Assembly: GCA_963789465.1 (NCBI GenBank)
Contig: CAWBLL010000016.1
Coordinates: forward strand, 135,544-199,543
Source of the DNA: an uncultured Bacteroidales bacterium
GTDB taxonomy: Bacteria > Bacteroidota > Bacteroidia > Bacteroidales > VadinHA17
Direction of reading: 5' to 3'
DNA length: 64,000 bases
Position numbers and translations under genes: made by a program
The notes under the pieces: model-generated
What the model saw: only the letters and a program-made list of their open reading frames with translations
What the model was told of the DNA's origin: nothing
Database searches by the model: none
Shown here: piece after piece, positions 1-10,758 of the stretch
Numbering within the stretch: position 1 is the stretch's first letter
How the letters are laid out: each line of letters starts with the position of its first letter

Positions 1-738
1 AACCGGCTTGTTAACTGTCTCTACATACTTCGTCAGTTCATCATTTATATCCTCACTTCCTATAATAATTCCATCGGAATACTTGATAGCCAGTTTTGAT
101 ACGTTGACAAAATCCGGTTTCTTCACCATTTTAAGACTCTCCCCGTCGATACCGTCAAAACGGAGTTTATCGGCGAATGATGATCTAAACGGAGTTTTGA
201 AATCATTATTGTAAATAGAGTATATAATCTTGTAATTATGAAAGAGAGGATCATCGTTATAAATGCTTCTCAGATAGACGGGGACCAATGCTGACATCCA
301 ACCCAGACAATGTACTATATCAGGAGCCCATCTCAGTTTCTTTACCGTTTCGATCACTCCCCTTGCAAAAAAAAGGGCTCTTTCATCATTATCCTCAAAT
401 TCTTTGCCTGTCGAGTCACTTACTATATTCTTTCTCTGAAAATAATCATCATTGTCAATAAAATAGACCTGCATTCGGGCCGACTGTATTGAAGCAACTT
501 TAATTATAAGGGGATGATCAGTATCGTCAATGATAAGGTTCATGCCAGAGAGACGTATAACCTCATGGAGCTGATTTCTTCGCTCATTGATGCAACCATA
601 CCGGGGCATGAAAGTTCGGATCTCCTTGCCCTTTTCCTGAATTCCCTGGGGGAGATACCTTCCTATTTTTGATAATTTCGTTTCACTTAGGTATGGAGTG
701 ATCTCCTGTGAAATAAATAATACCTTCCTGCTTTCCAT
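1..738 (-). CDS. glgA: glycogen/starch synthase, short Bacteroidota form (C-terminus cut by the window edge)
   Basis: Own translation of the minus strand from the ATG at 738: MESRKVLFISQEITPYLSETKLSKIGRYLPQGIQEKGKEIRTFMPRYGCINERRNQLHEVIRLSG... It stays open to position 1 and is absent from the ORF track because there is no stop in the window. Confidence 0.7.
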   Translation of the reverse strand, partial: MESRKVLFISQEITPYLSETKLSKIGRYLPQGIQEKGKEIRTFMPRYGCINERRNQLHEVIRLSGMNLIIDDTDHPLIIKVASIQSARMQVYFIDNDDYFQRKNIVSDSTGKEFEDNDERALFFARGVIETVKKLRWAPDIVHCLGWMSALVPVYLRSIYNDDPLFHNYKIIYSIYNNDFKTPFRSSFADKLRFDGIDGESLKMVKKPDFVNVSKLAIKYSDGIIIGSEDINDELTKYVETVNKPV

Positions 739-898
739 TTATCTGCCTGGATATACCATTCCGATTTAAGCTGCAAAGATAGTAAAAATTAATAATATAT
801 TGTATTAAGCGAATTTCAGGCCGATATCTGACTCTCTTATGCCAGTACCATTTCCTGTTAATAAACGACAGATTTATTTTAATTAGAATAAATTCAAT

Positions 899-906
899 TA
901 GGTTTG
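899..906 (+). promoter_or_regulatory. candidate Bacteroidota -7 promoter element (TAnnTTTG)
   Basis: TAGGTTTG lies 14 nt upstream of the panC ATG. Confidence 0.35.
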
Positions 907-920
907 TAAAAAAGTCATCT

Positions 921-1778
921 ATGAAGGTGTTAAGTACAGTTAGTGAGTTGAAGAAAGAAATCAGGAAGACGGCTCTGTCTCCGGTTGGATTTGTGCCAAC
1001 GATGGGAGCCCTTCACGATGGCCACCTTTCGCTTGTTGCTGCGGCATCAGCATCGTGCCCGTTAGTGGTGGTAAGCATATATGTTAATCCAACCCAGTTC
1101 AATGACAAAAATGACCTGATAAGTTATCCCAGGACGCCGGACACTGACCTGAAACTCCTGCAGAGTGTTCTCAGAGAAACCGATATAGTCTTCACTCCTG
1201 ACGATAAAGAGATCTACCCGGAGAAGGATGACAGGATATTCCATTTCGGTAACCTAAACAGGGTGATGGAAGCCCTGCACCGCCCGGGCCATTTCAACGG
1301 TGTGGCGCAGGTCGTAAGCAAACTCTTCGAAATAGTCGAACCCGATACAGCCTTCTTCGGGATGAAAGATTTTCAGCAGCTTGCGGTAATAAAGGAACTC
1401 GTCAGACAGACCGGTAATAAGGTTAAAATTACAGGCTGTCCCATAATCCGCGAAAGCGACGGTCTGGCAATGAGCAGCAGAAACCAGCTCCTTGAGCATG
1501 AGATCAGGAAAAACGCCCCGGTAATATTCAGGACAATTACCGCTGCCTCAGACATGATAAAAAGCCATGATATCGCTGAATTAAAAGCGTTTGTCACCAA
1601 TAGTATCAACTCCGTACCCGGCTTTAAGGTGGAATATTATGAAATAGTGGATGATACTGAGCTGATCCCAGTGAATTTCAAATCAGAATTGAAGAGTGGT
1701 ACAAAGTACTTTGGATGCATTGCAGTAAAAGCCGGCTATATACGTGTTATAGATAATGTGGAAATTGGGTTGGTCTGA
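921..1778 (+). CDS. panC: pantoate--beta-alanine ligase
   Basis: 285 aa. [13 protein letters not shown] and [10 protein letters not shown] motifs are typical of PanC. Confidence 0.95.
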   Translation: MKVLSTVSELKKEIRKTALSPVGFVPTMGALHDGHLSLVAAASASCPLVVVSIYVNPTQFNDKNDLISYPRTPDTDLKLLQSVLRETDIVFTPDDKEIYPEKDDRIFHFGNLNRVMEALHRPGHFNGVAQVVSKLFEIVEPDTAFFGMKDFQQLAVIKELVRQTGNKVKITGCPIIRESDGLAMSSRNQLLEHEIRKNAPVIFRTITAASDMIKSHDIAELKAFVTNSINSVPGFKVEYYEIVDDTELIPVNFKSELKSGTKYFGCIAVKAGYIRVIDNVEIGLV

Positions 1779-1792
1779 TTAAAAAGGTTATT

Positions 1793-1800
1793 TACCTTTG
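1793..1800 (+). promoter_or_regulatory. candidate -7 promoter element (TAnnTTTG)
   Basis: TACCTTTG lies 28 nt upstream of the panD ATG. Confidence 0.4.
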
Positions 1801-1828
1801 CATAATATATATTACAAGTTACCCGCTG

Positions 1829-2179
1829 ATGCTTATAGAAGTTCTCAAATCAAAAATTCATATGGTTACCGTCACTGCGGCAAACCTGAATTACATTGGA
1901 AGCATAACAATAGATGAGGATCTTATGGATGCTGCACACCTGATTGAAAACGAAAAGGTCCATATTCTTAACCTGAATAACGGCGAACGGCTCGAAACCT
2001 ATATCATTAAAGGAACAAAAGGATCCGGGGAGATTTGCCTGAATGGTGCAGCTGCCAGAAAAGTGATGGTGGGAGATGTTGTAATAGTAATGTCATATGC
2101 ACTGGCCGATCTTCAGGAGGCAAAATCATTCCGGCCAACTATTATATTCCCTGATACTGCAACAAATAAACTGATCTGA
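1829..2179 (+). CDS. panD: aspartate 1-decarboxylase
   Basis: 116 aa. [33 protein letters not shown] contains the GS self-cleavage site. Confidence 0.95.
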   Translation: MLIEVLKSKIHMVTVTAANLNYIGSITIDEDLMDAAHLIENEKVHILNLNNGERLETYIIKGTKGSGEICLNGAAARKVMVGDVVIVMSYALADLQEAKSFRPTIIFPDTATNKLI

Positions 2180-2181
2180 CA

Positions 2182-3195
2182 TTGAGAAAAGGTATTCTGC
2201 AGACTTCCAAGTTCATAGCTTTCCTGGCAGTTGGAATTTTACTGCTCATGCTTGCCTTCAGCAATGTAAAATTTACCAGGCTTATCGCCGATTTAAAGGA
2301 AGCCAACTATTCATGGCTGCTGCTGTCAGTTTTTTTTGGATTTGTGGCATATGTCAGTCGTGCCCGCAGATGGATGCTCCTGATTCATCCTCTTGGCTAC
2401 CGGCCTACCCTGAAGAATTCGTTCTACGCACTGATGACAGGTTACCTTGCAAATCTTGCCCTGCCCAGGATCGGAGAGATAACCAGGTGTGTAGCACTTG
2501 GCAAGAAGGAAAAAATACCAGTCGACCAGCTGATCGGTACGGTAGTCATCGAACGCACAATCGACTTTTTTTCTCTTATGACTATAATGATCTTCCTGAT
2601 ATTCACAAGTGGTGAACAAATAAGTATTTTCCTCAGGGAGAGTATCCTGGTTCCCATACAGGAAAAAATATTATCTGTGTTCGACTCCACCTGGATATTG
2701 TGGGTTATCCTTTTCGTACTTATGGTTGCAGGTCTTTTCATACTTATAAAATATAAGAAAAAACTCAGGAAGATCAGGTTCTTTTCCAAATTATTCGACC
2801 TCGCCAGGGGGATAATAAACGGTCTGAAAACAATCACAAACCTGAAGAGGAAGTGGGAATTCATTCTGCTTACAGTTTTCATCTGGATAAACTATACTCT
2901 GATGACATGGGTAGTCGTTTTCGCTATCCCAAGCACATCTCATCTGACCCTCGGTGACAGCATCTTCCTCCTGGTAATAGGCGGTCTGGCTATGTCAGCA
3001 CCTGTACAGAGCGGCCTGGGGGCATTTCATTATATAATTTCAAGAGGACTCCTTTTTGTTAAAGGTATACCACTGGAAGACGGTCTGGTTTATGCATTGC
3101 TGACCCATGAATCCCAGCTGATATTTGTAGCTATTGTGGGAACTATTGCTTTCTTCATAATGTTCAGAAAACATGAGTCACCACCCTCCGGGTGA
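2182..3195 (+). CDS. flippase-like / lysylphosphatidylglycerol-synthase TM-region family membrane protein
   Basis: 337 aa and polytopic. The YVSRARRW and LPRIGEITRC segments are typical of the UPF0104 family. The TTG start is uncertain. Confidence 0.55.
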   Translation: MRKGILQTSKFIAFLAVGILLLMLAFSNVKFTRLIADLKEANYSWLLLSVFFGFVAYVSRARRWMLLIHPLGYRPTLKNSFYALMTGYLANLALPRIGEITRCVALGKKEKIPVDQLIGTVVIERTIDFFSLMTIMIFLIFTSGEQISIFLRESILVPIQEKILSVFDSTWILWVILFVLMVAGLFILIKYKKKLRKIRFFSKLFDLARGIINGLKTITNLKRKWEFILLTVFIWINYTLMTWVVVFAIPSTSHLTLGDSIFLLVIGGLAMSAPVQSGLGAFHYIISRGLLFVKGIPLEDGLVYALLTHESQLIFVAIVGTIAFFIMFRKHESPPSG

Positions 3196-3263
3196 CTCCA
3201 CAATAATTTTTGTCCGCTCATTGGTTGGGTTGGGGGGTTGACATTCACATTCAGAGAAAAAAC

Positions 3264-4625
3264 ATGGCGAAAAGCAAGACCATATTTATCTGTCAGAACT
3301 GTGGCGCGGAATCGGCCAAATGGATAGGAAGATGCCCATCCTGCAAGGAATGGAACACCTATCATGAGGAGATAATTGTTCCGGCTTCATCGCGGGATAC
3401 TTCGTTCCTTTCCAAACAGGAAAGAAGAAAGCCTGAGCTGCTGGATAACATATTCTCGGATGAAAAAGACCGCCAGAAAACCGGTATTTCCGAGCTAGAC
3501 AGGATCCTCGGCGGGGGTATAGTAGGAGGATCCCTCATATTGCTCGGAGGAGAACCCGGCGTAGGGAAATCTACCCTGGCACTCCAGCTTGCACTCGCCC
3601 TTAAATCCAGAAAAATCCTCTATGTCTCGGGTGAAGAAAGCGAAGCACAGATAAGCCTTAGGGCCAAAAGGTTGAAGAGCTCAAATCCCCAGTGTTACAT
3701 TCTGAGCGAGACTGAACTGGAGAGTATACTCATCCATTCTGAAAATATAAAGCCAGGCCTGATGATTATCGATTCTATCCAGACCATCAGTACAGGGATG
3801 CTGGAATCATCGGCAGGTTCCGTAACCCAGGTAAGGGAATGCGCCGCACAGCTGCTGAAGTATTCAAAATTAACGGGAATTCCTGTATTCCTTATCGGAC
3901 ACATAACCAAAGACGGGACACTTGCTGGTCCGAAGGTGCTTGAACACATTGTCGACGTTGTCCTGTATTTTGAAGGCGACAACAATTACGTATACCGGAT
4001 CCTGAGGTCAGTAAAAAACAGGTTCGGTTCTACCTCTGAACTGGGAATTTTTGAAATGCTTGAATCAGGGTTGAAGGAGGTTGCCAATCCTTCCGAGATG
4101 TTTATTAATCAGCATACCGAAGCGCTGAGCGGTATTTCAATTGCTGCCACAGTTGATGGCATAAGGCCATTTCTGATCGAGACACAGGCTCTCGTCAGCA
4201 GTGCTGTTTATGGCACGCCGCAAAGAAGCTCTACCGGCTTTGATATACGCAGGCTGAATATGCTTCTTGCCGTCCTGGAGAAAAGAGCAGGATTCAGGCT
4301 TGGAATAAAGGATGTTTTTCTGAATATTGCCGGTGGCTTAAAAGTAAACGATCCCGCCATTGACCTTGCAATTATAAGTTCAGTTCTCTCATCAAATCTT
4401 GATATTCCCATTGGAAGAGAGGTATGTTTTTCAGGTGAGACAGGCCTGTCGGGAGAGATACGCCCGGTATCACGAATTGACCAGCGTATAAGGGAAGCCT
4501 CAAAAATGGGATTCAGGAAGATCTATATATCAGGCTATCAAAAAAATATTGCATCAAACGGATCTGACATAGAAGTTATTCAGGTGAATAAGATCGAACA
4601 TCTTGTAAGGTCCTTGTTCAGCTGA
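3264..4625 (+). CDS. radA: DNA repair protein RadA
   Basis: N-terminal zinc ribbon (CQNCGAESAKWIGRCPSC), Walker A (GGEPGVGKST), KNRFG motif and Lon-like C-terminus. Start taken at the internal ATG at 3264 (MAKSKTIFIC). Confidence 0.95.
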   Translation: MAKSKTIFICQNCGAESAKWIGRCPSCKEWNTYHEEIIVPASSRDTSFLSKQERRKPELLDNIFSDEKDRQKTGISELDRILGGGIVGGSLILLGGEPGVGKSTLALQLALALKSRKILYVSGEESEAQISLRAKRLKSSNPQCYILSETELESILIHSENIKPGLMIIDSIQTISTGMLESSAGSVTQVRECAAQLLKYSKLTGIPVFLIGHITKDGTLAGPKVLEHIVDVVLYFEGDNNYVYRILRSVKNRFGSTSELGIFEMLESGLKEVANPSEMFINQHTEALSGISIAATVDGIRPFLIETQALVSSAVYGTPQRSSTGFDIRRLNMLLAVLEKRAGFRLGIKDVFLNIAGGLKVNDPAIDLAIISSVLSSNLDIPIGREVCFSGETGLSGEIRPVSRIDQRIREASKMGFRKIYISGYQKNIASNGSDIEVIQVNKIEHLVRSLFS

Positions 4626-4626
4626 A

Positions 4627-6975
4627 TCAGTATCTGTATCTCCTAGAGTTTTCTCCCTGCGGATTTTGTTTCTTGACCTTATCGCAATCAAGTTCCCAGT
4701 TAAAGTCTGCAGGTCGCTCAAACTCATCAGTCTCCATAATTCCAAACTGAGGATCATTATAAACTTTTCTGAGAAATATAGCGAAGATCGGTAATGCCAT
4801 ACTTGCTCCCTGTCCTTCATGAAGAGTTTCAAAATGAATTGCCTGGTCTTCCCATCCGCTCCATACACCACCTACAAGGTTAGGCGTGACTCCCATAAAC
4901 CAGCCGTTGGAATTGTTCTGAGTTGTACCGGTTTTGCCGCCTATCTGGTTCCTCAGATTGTACGGTTCATTGCGCAATCTTCTTCCTGAACCTGTAAGCA
5001 CTACACTCTGAAGGAGGTTAAGCATCAGGTATGCATGCTCTTCAGTCAGAACCTCTTCGATCTTCGGAGTGAATCTTGAGATCGTATTGCCATTTTTGTC
5101 CTCTATGCGGGTAACATACATCGGCCTTGTATAAACGCCTTTATTTGCAAAGGTGCCATAGGCGCCCACCATCTCCTCAAGCTTTATATCAGAGGTGCCC
5201 AGGAAAATGGACGGAACAGGGTCAATAAAACTCCGTATGCCCATCCTGTGCATGAGGTCCGTAACGGCTGTAGGTTTGAACTGCTCCATCAGCCATGCGG
5301 AAATATAATTTTCCGATTGTGCAAGACCCCATTTAAGCGTTACCATCTTTCCGTGATATTCCTTGGGCCCGGAGCTTCTGGGAGTCCAGGGAATGGAATC
5401 GCCCACATCGAACGATCTGGGTATGTCCTCAACCTCATAACAGGGTGAATAACCGTTCTGAATAGCAATCGTATACAGGAATGGCTTTATCGTACTCCCG
5501 ACCTGCTTTTTCTGTGAGGTTACAGCATCCCATTTAAAATACCTGAAATCGGGTCCGCCCACATATGCCTTCACATATCCGTTGTGGGGATCTTCAACCA
5601 TAAATGAGGATCTGATGAAATATTTGTAGTACCTGAGTGAGTCCAGAGGAGTCATTATCGTATCCCTCTCCCCCTTCCACGAAAATACTCTCATCTTTAC
5701 CGGGGTATTGAATGCAAGCATGATTGAATCTTCCGGAACACCGGCCAGCTTCATGGAATAATACCGGTCCGTCCTCTCCACGGAAGACATCATGATCTCA
5801 TCGACCTCCTTTTTAGTGAGATCATCAGAATAGGGTGGATTTTTGAAACTCCTTGCCCTTCGGTAAAAGTCGGGCTGGACCTCATTTGAAAGATGTTCCG
5901 TAACAGCCTCTTCGGCATATTTCTGCATCTTTGAATTGATGGTAGTGTAGATCTTCAATCCATCCTTATATATATCGTATGGTGTACCGTCAGGCTTTTT
6001 ATTTTTAATGCACCATCCATAAAGGGGATTATTATCCCATTCCCAAAAGGCATCCTGGTACGATGATTCCCTGACATACTTGTTCCTGTCAGGTTCCGGC
6101 TTCCTCATAGTGCTCCTGATATATTCCCGGAGGTAGGTTGCGAGCCCGGAGTTGTGGTCCTCAATCCTGAAATCGGTCTCAATAGGCAGCAACTCAACGG
6201 AGTCGGCCGTCTCAGAGGTAATATATCCGTATTTTGCCATCTGCGACAGCACTGTGTTGCGGCGCTGCAGCATCAGGTCAGGATTTCTCACCGGGTTGTA
6301 CCTGGTAGAGGCTTTGAGCATTCCGACCAGTACTGCAGCCTGTTGAAGATTGAGTGAATCGGGTGCAGAATTGAAATAAACTCTGGCCGCTGACTTGATA
6401 CCTATTGCATTATAGCTGAAGTCGAATTTGTTCAGGTACATGGTTATTATCTCTTCCTTCGTATAGCTTCGCTCAAGCTTGACAGAGGTCTGCCACTCCT
6501 TGAATTTAGCAACTCCCAGTTTCACTTTCTGCATAAAGGCTGAATTTTTTGCCGTGTCCCTCGGGTAAAGCTGTTTTGCCAGCTGCTGTGTTATGGTACT
6601 TCCGCCGCCGGTGCTCTGCCCCAGAAGAATAGTACGTATGCCCGCTCTTGCCAGCCCGCGAATGTCAATGCCTGAATGACGATAATAACGGATATCTTCA
6701 GTTGCTATAAGAGCATTGACAAGATAAGGTGAGATATGTTTGAAATCCGTCCATGTCCTGTTCTCAATGCTGATCTTCCCCAGGAGGACGCCATCTTCGG
6801 AAAAAACCTCGGCGGCAAGGTAATATTCCGGATTCTCAAGCTCTTCAAATGAAGGCATAGGACCGAGCTTGCCCCTTGATATAAGTATAAAAATTATTGT
6901 GATGACCACAAAGGGCAAAATGACAAGAACCCAGAACCCTATAAGATATTTTTTATTGTCTGTATAACCTTTCAT
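4627..6975 (-). CDS. mrcA: penicillin-binding protein 1A (bifunctional transglycosylase/transpeptidase)
   Basis: 782 aa. N-terminal TM segment, glycosyltransferase motifs (EDIRYYRHSGID, GGSTITQQLAK), and STIKP and KTGTT transpeptidase motifs. Confidence 0.9.
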   Translation of the reverse strand: MKGYTDNKKYLIGFWVLVILPFVVITIIFILISRGKLGPMPSFEELENPEYYLAAEVFSEDGVLLGKISIENRTWTDFKHISPYLVNALIATEDIRYYRHSGIDIRGLARAGIRTILLGQSTGGGSTITQQLAKQLYPRDTAKNSAFMQKVKLGVAKFKEWQTSVKLERSYTKEEIITMYLNKFDFSYNAIGIKSAARVYFNSAPDSLNLQQAAVLVGMLKASTRYNPVRNPDLMLQRRNTVLSQMAKYGYITSETADSVELLPIETDFRIEDHNSGLATYLREYIRSTMRKPEPDRNKYVRESSYQDAFWEWDNNPLYGWCIKNKKPDGTPYDIYKDGLKIYTTINSKMQKYAEEAVTEHLSNEVQPDFYRRARSFKNPPYSDDLTKKEVDEIMMSSVERTDRYYSMKLAGVPEDSIMLAFNTPVKMRVFSWKGERDTIMTPLDSLRYYKYFIRSSFMVEDPHNGYVKAYVGGPDFRYFKWDAVTSQKKQVGSTIKPFLYTIAIQNGYSPCYEVEDIPRSFDVGDSIPWTPRSSGPKEYHGKMVTLKWGLAQSENYISAWLMEQFKPTAVTDLMHRMGIRSFIDPVPSIFLGTSDIKLEEMVGAYGTFANKGVYTRPMYVTRIEDKNGNTISRFTPKIEEVLTEEHAYLMLNLLQSVVLTGSGRRLRNEPYNLRNQIGGKTGTTQNNSNGWFMGVTPNLVGGVWSGWEDQAIHFETLHEGQGASMALPIFAIFLRKVYNDPQFGIMETDEFERPADFNWELDCDKVKKQNPQGENSRRYRY

Positions 6976-6993
6976 TTACTCAAAAAGTTTGGC

Positions 6994-7001
6994 CAAAAAT
7001 A
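6994..7001 (-). promoter_or_regulatory. candidate -7 promoter element (TAnnTTTG)
   Basis: The minus strand reads TATTTTTG, 18 nt upstream of the PBP1A ATG. Confidence 0.35.
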
Positions 7002-7094
7002 GTAAATAATAAAGAATCTTAACGGTTTATTTTGAAGTTTGGTACCTAATTGATTTACTTTGTCGGGTTAAAAAAAGAATTAATTTCTCCCAGG

Positions 7095-9398
7095 ATGATT
7101 GAAAATCTTGTAATTGTTGAGTCGCCCGCCAAGGCGAAAACCATCGAAAAATTTCTCGGAAAGGATTTCCGCGTGGTCTCCAGTTTCGGCCATATCCGGG
7201 ATCTGTCGAAGAAAAATCTTGGTATTGAAATTGATAAAAATTTCACCCCTGTCTATGAGATCCCGAAAGAGAAATCAAAGGTGGTTGCTGAACTGCGCAA
7301 AGCTGCTGCAGGATCAAAAAATGTATGGATCGCCTCTGATGAGGACCGGGAAGGAGAGGCTATTGCATGGCACCTTGCAAATGTTCTGAACCTTGATCTA
7401 AGCACTACAAAAAGAATTGTGTTCCATGAAATAACAAAGGAAGCCATTTCGGCTGCAATTGAAAATCCGAGGCTTATTGATATGAACCTTGTGAATTCCC
7501 AGCAGGCCCGGCGTATACTCGACAGGCTTGTCGGCTTCGAAATCTCACCTGTCCTGTGGAAAAAGGTTCAGCCAGCCCTCTCAGCCGGAAGGGTTCAGTC
7601 TGTTGCTGTCCGCCTGATAGTCGACAGGGAACGGGATATTATCTCATTCGAAACTGAATCAGCATTCCGTGTTACTGCGATATTCAATATCCGTGGATCA
7701 GAGAGTGAAAATGCCATTCTGAAGGCAGAAGCAACAAAAAGGTTCACCGGGGAAAAGGAGGCAATGGCATTTCTGGAGCTTTGCAATGGCGCTGACTTCT
7801 CTGTTGCCGGCATCAGCATCAAGCCCGGGACCAGATCTCCCGCACCGCCATTTACTACCTCCACCCTTCAGCAGGAAGCCTATCGCAAACTTGGGTTTTC
7901 AGTTGCCCAGACAATGGCAGTGGCTCAGAAACTTTACGAAGCCGGTAGAATAACTTATATGAGAACTGATTCCACCAACCTCTCAAAAATGGCTCTGTCC
8001 AAATCCCGTGAGGTAATCATATCAGAATTTGGTGAGAAGTATTCAAGAACCAGACAGTTCAAGACAAAGACCCAGGGAGCACAGGAGGCACACGAGGCTA
8101 TCCGCCCTGCTTACCTGGATAATCCTGAAACTACAGGCAGCCAGAATGAGAAAAGACTTTATGAACTTATCTGGAAAAGGGCCATTGCATCACAGATGGC
8201 TGATGCTGAGATAGAAAAAACCTCAATATCAATAGATATGAGCAACTCTCCCGTGACTTTCCAGGCAAACGGTGAGGTTATTAAATTTGACGGGTTTCTG
8301 AGGGTATACACCGAATCAACAGACCAGGAAAACCCGGATGAAGAGAGATATGTAATTCCTCCTGTAAAGAAAGGCATGCAGCTGGACGATGAAAATGTAA
8401 CGGCAACACAGAAATTCACGGCAGCTCCTCCCAGATACACCGAAGCAAGCCTGGTGAAAAAACTAGAGGAGCTTGGAATCGGAAGACCTTCAACTTTTGC
8501 GCCCACAATTTCAACCATCCAGAACCGTGGTTATGTTTCCCGTGAAGACAGACCCGGAGAGAAACGCCAGATTAAAATACTAACTCTTAATAATGGCAAG
8601 ATAACCGCTACTGAAAAGACTGAGATAGCCGGAAAAGAAAAATCCAAGCTCTTTCCTCAGGATATTGGAATGATCGTAAATGACTTCCTGATTGAAAATT
8701 TCTCGGATATTGTAGATTACAATTTCACTGCTGATGTGGAAGAGCAGTTTGATGAGATAGCACTTGGCAATCTCATATGGACGAAAATGCTCGATAAATT
8801 TTACAACCCTTTTCATAAAACAGTTGTAAGTACGCTGGAGAAGAAGGAGAGAAAGACCGGAAGCAGAGTCCTGGGGAACCATCCCGAGACCGGGGAACCC
8901 GTAACTGTCAGAATGGGAAGATTTGGCCCGGTGGCCCAGATAGGCGATTCAGGAAATGACGAAAAACCCAGATTTGCAAGTCTGACAAAGAACCAGCTCC
9001 TTGAGACGATCACCCTGGCCGAGGCACTCGATCTTTTCAGGCTGCCAAGGTCACTCGGAGAATATGATAACGACCAGATGGTGGTTGGAATTGGTAAATT
9101 CGGGCCATATGTCAGATATAAAAGCAAGTTTTATTCCCTCAAAAAGGGTGTGGATGATCCATATATCCTTACATTTGACAGAGCGGTAGAGATTATCCTT
9201 GAAAAGAATGAGAACGACAAAAAGAAAGTGCTGAAGGATTTTGGTGAAATCAGGCTTCTGAACGGCAGATACGGACCTTACCTGGTTAAGGATAAAAAAA
9301 ATTACCGGCTGCCTAAAGGTGCTGATGCAGAAAAACTTACTAAGGAGGATTGTATCAGTATCATAGAAAAAATTGATAAAACAACCAAGAGCTCATAA
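7095..9398 (+). CDS. topA: DNA topoisomerase I
   Basis: Toprim N-terminus (LVIVESPAKAKTIEKFLG) and ITYMRTDS active-site Tyr motif. The ORF opens at 7050; the ATG at 7095 (MIENLVIVESP) fits the family N-terminus. Confidence 0.95.
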   Translation: MIENLVIVESPAKAKTIEKFLGKDFRVVSSFGHIRDLSKKNLGIEIDKNFTPVYEIPKEKSKVVAELRKAAAGSKNVWIASDEDREGEAIAWHLANVLNLDLSTTKRIVFHEITKEAISAAIENPRLIDMNLVNSQQARRILDRLVGFEISPVLWKKVQPALSAGRVQSVAVRLIVDRERDIISFETESAFRVTAIFNIRGSESENAILKAEATKRFTGEKEAMAFLELCNGADFSVAGISIKPGTRSPAPPFTTSTLQQEAYRKLGFSVAQTMAVAQKLYEAGRITYMRTDSTNLSKMALSKSREVIISEFGEKYSRTRQFKTKTQGAQEAHEAIRPAYLDNPETTGSQNEKRLYELIWKRAIASQMADAEIEKTSISIDMSNSPVTFQANGEVIKFDGFLRVYTESTDQENPDEERYVIPPVKKGMQLDDENVTATQKFTAAPPRYTEASLVKKLEELGIGRPSTFAPTISTIQNRGYVSREDRPGEKRQIKILTLNNGKITATEKTEIAGKEKSKLFPQDIGMIVNDFLIENFSDIVDYNFTADVEEQFDEIALGNLIWTKMLDKFYNPFHKTVVSTLEKKERKTGSRVLGNHPETGEPVTVRMGRFGPVAQIGDSGNDEKPRFASLTKNQLLETITLAEALDLFRLPRSLGEYDNDQMVVGIGKFGPYVRYKSKFYSLKKGVDDPYILTFDRAVEIILEKNENDKKKVLKDFGEIRLLNGRYGPYLVKDKKNYRLPKGADAEKLTKEDCISIIEKIDKTTKSS

Positions 9399-9404
9399 AT
9401 AATT

Positions 9405-10574
9405 ATGGTAGACCTGAATGATTATTTCAATCCTGTCAGCATTGAGGAACCTGTTTTTGAGCATCTCACCAGGCAGGCAGGTTTTGCGCACAGTATCACC
9501 ATTCATACCGAGAACTATACAATCAGGGACCTGAGTAAATTCAAGATAGCTCTGCTGGGAGTGCCCGATGGGAGGAATTCACCTGATAACGGTTCGGTAA
9601 AGGGACCTGATATGGTGAGGTCACAATTATATAAACTATCCAAGGTTCCCGGGAAATCCAGGATAATTGATCTGGGGAATATGAAGCAGGGAGTTACCTT
9701 CGGCGATACACTGGCAGGTCTCACTGATATACTGGTACAGATGCTTCACGAAAATCTGTTCCCGGTGATCATAGGTGGCAGCAGCGCCCTGGTACCGGCC
9801 ATCGACAATGCATTTACCCAGACCGGACTAAGGTACACCCTCATAGCTGTTGATTCACGAATTGATTATAACAATGAAAGAAAAGAGGCTGATTCCTGTA
9901 ACTACCTCAATGCAATTCAGAACAACCACAAGAGTACATTTGATCAGTATATAAATATCGGTTACCAGACCTACCTGAACGATCAGCAGGTTATAAACCG
10001 TTTTTTGAAGCGGGGTGCTGATCTTGTCAGGATCGGGGATGTCAGGCAGGCCATATATCTAACAGAACCACTGTTCAGGGATTCGGATGTGGCAATCTTT
10101 GATATGTCGGCGGTGCGCCAGTCAGAATCTCCCGGTACATTCGCCCCCTCCCCCAACGGTTTTTACGGAGAAGAGATCTGCCTGCTTTCACGATATGCGG
10201 GTATTTCCGATAAGCTGAAAATGTACGGGCTCTTCGATGTAAATCCGGAATTTGACATCAGGTCACAAACAGCAGGGCTGGCAGCACAGATCCTGTGGTT
10301 CTTCCTCGAAGGATTCTCGCAGAAACAATATGAAACACCCGTACTGAATATTGGAAATTCAGGCAGGTTTATCAAGTATCATGTCAGACTGACTGATCTT
10401 GGGGAAGATATGATATTTATTAAAAGCAATATGACAGACAGGTGGTGGATCGAACTCCCTGCCGGCGACGATAACAACGTTTATGTTGCATGTTCTCACG
10501 AGGATTACCTCAGGGCAAACAGGAACGAAGTCCCTGAAAGATGGGTCAAGGCCGTTGAAAGATTAAAATCATAG
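9405..10574 (+). CDS. arginase/formimidoylglutamase-fold family protein (metal-ligand motifs apparently degenerate)
   Basis: 389 aa. The layout resembles the arginase family (IIGGSSALV, VDSRIDY, FDMSAV...SPGTFAPSPNGF), but the GGDHS, DAHxD and DxD ligands are substituted. Confidence 0.55.
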   Translation: MVDLNDYFNPVSIEEPVFEHLTRQAGFAHSITIHTENYTIRDLSKFKIALLGVPDGRNSPDNGSVKGPDMVRSQLYKLSKVPGKSRIIDLGNMKQGVTFGDTLAGLTDILVQMLHENLFPVIIGGSSALVPAIDNAFTQTGLRYTLIAVDSRIDYNNERKEADSCNYLNAIQNNHKSTFDQYINIGYQTYLNDQQVINRFLKRGADLVRIGDVRQAIYLTEPLFRDSDVAIFDMSAVRQSESPGTFAPSPNGFYGEEICLLSRYAGISDKLKMYGLFDVNPEFDIRSQTAGLAAQILWFFLEGFSQKQYETPVLNIGNSGRFIKYHVRLTDLGEDMIFIKSNMTDRWWIELPAGDDNNVYVACSHEDYLRANRNEVPERWVKAVERLKS

Positions 10575-10681
10575 TTTCATGATCTCTCTCATGTCGCCTC
10601 CCGGGCCCCTTCGTTTCCTTTTGTCAAAGATAATGATACACTCATCAAAAGAGATCGTTTACAAGGGTAAATAATTAACAC

Positions 10682-10689
10682 TAAATTTG
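10682..10689 (+). promoter_or_regulatory. candidate -7 promoter element (TAnnTTTG)
   Basis: TAAATTTG lies 69 nt upstream of the porP-like ATG, ahead of the T9SS operon. Confidence 0.35.
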
Positions 10690-10758
10690 TAAAGGATTTA
10701 GATTTTTATTTATTTTACTCGTTCAACTAACATGTGAACTGCATCTGCAAATAAAGAG

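Noticed and set aside
2313-2882. Several 97-146-aa ORFs overlapping 2182..3195 on both strands.
   Set aside because: They are alternative-frame shadows of the membrane-protein gene. The same applies to the many other internal or antisense ORFs in the track (for example 8159..8518, 13399..13797, 14230..14652, 35886..36347, 39222..39611, 43153..43620 and 57138..57593).
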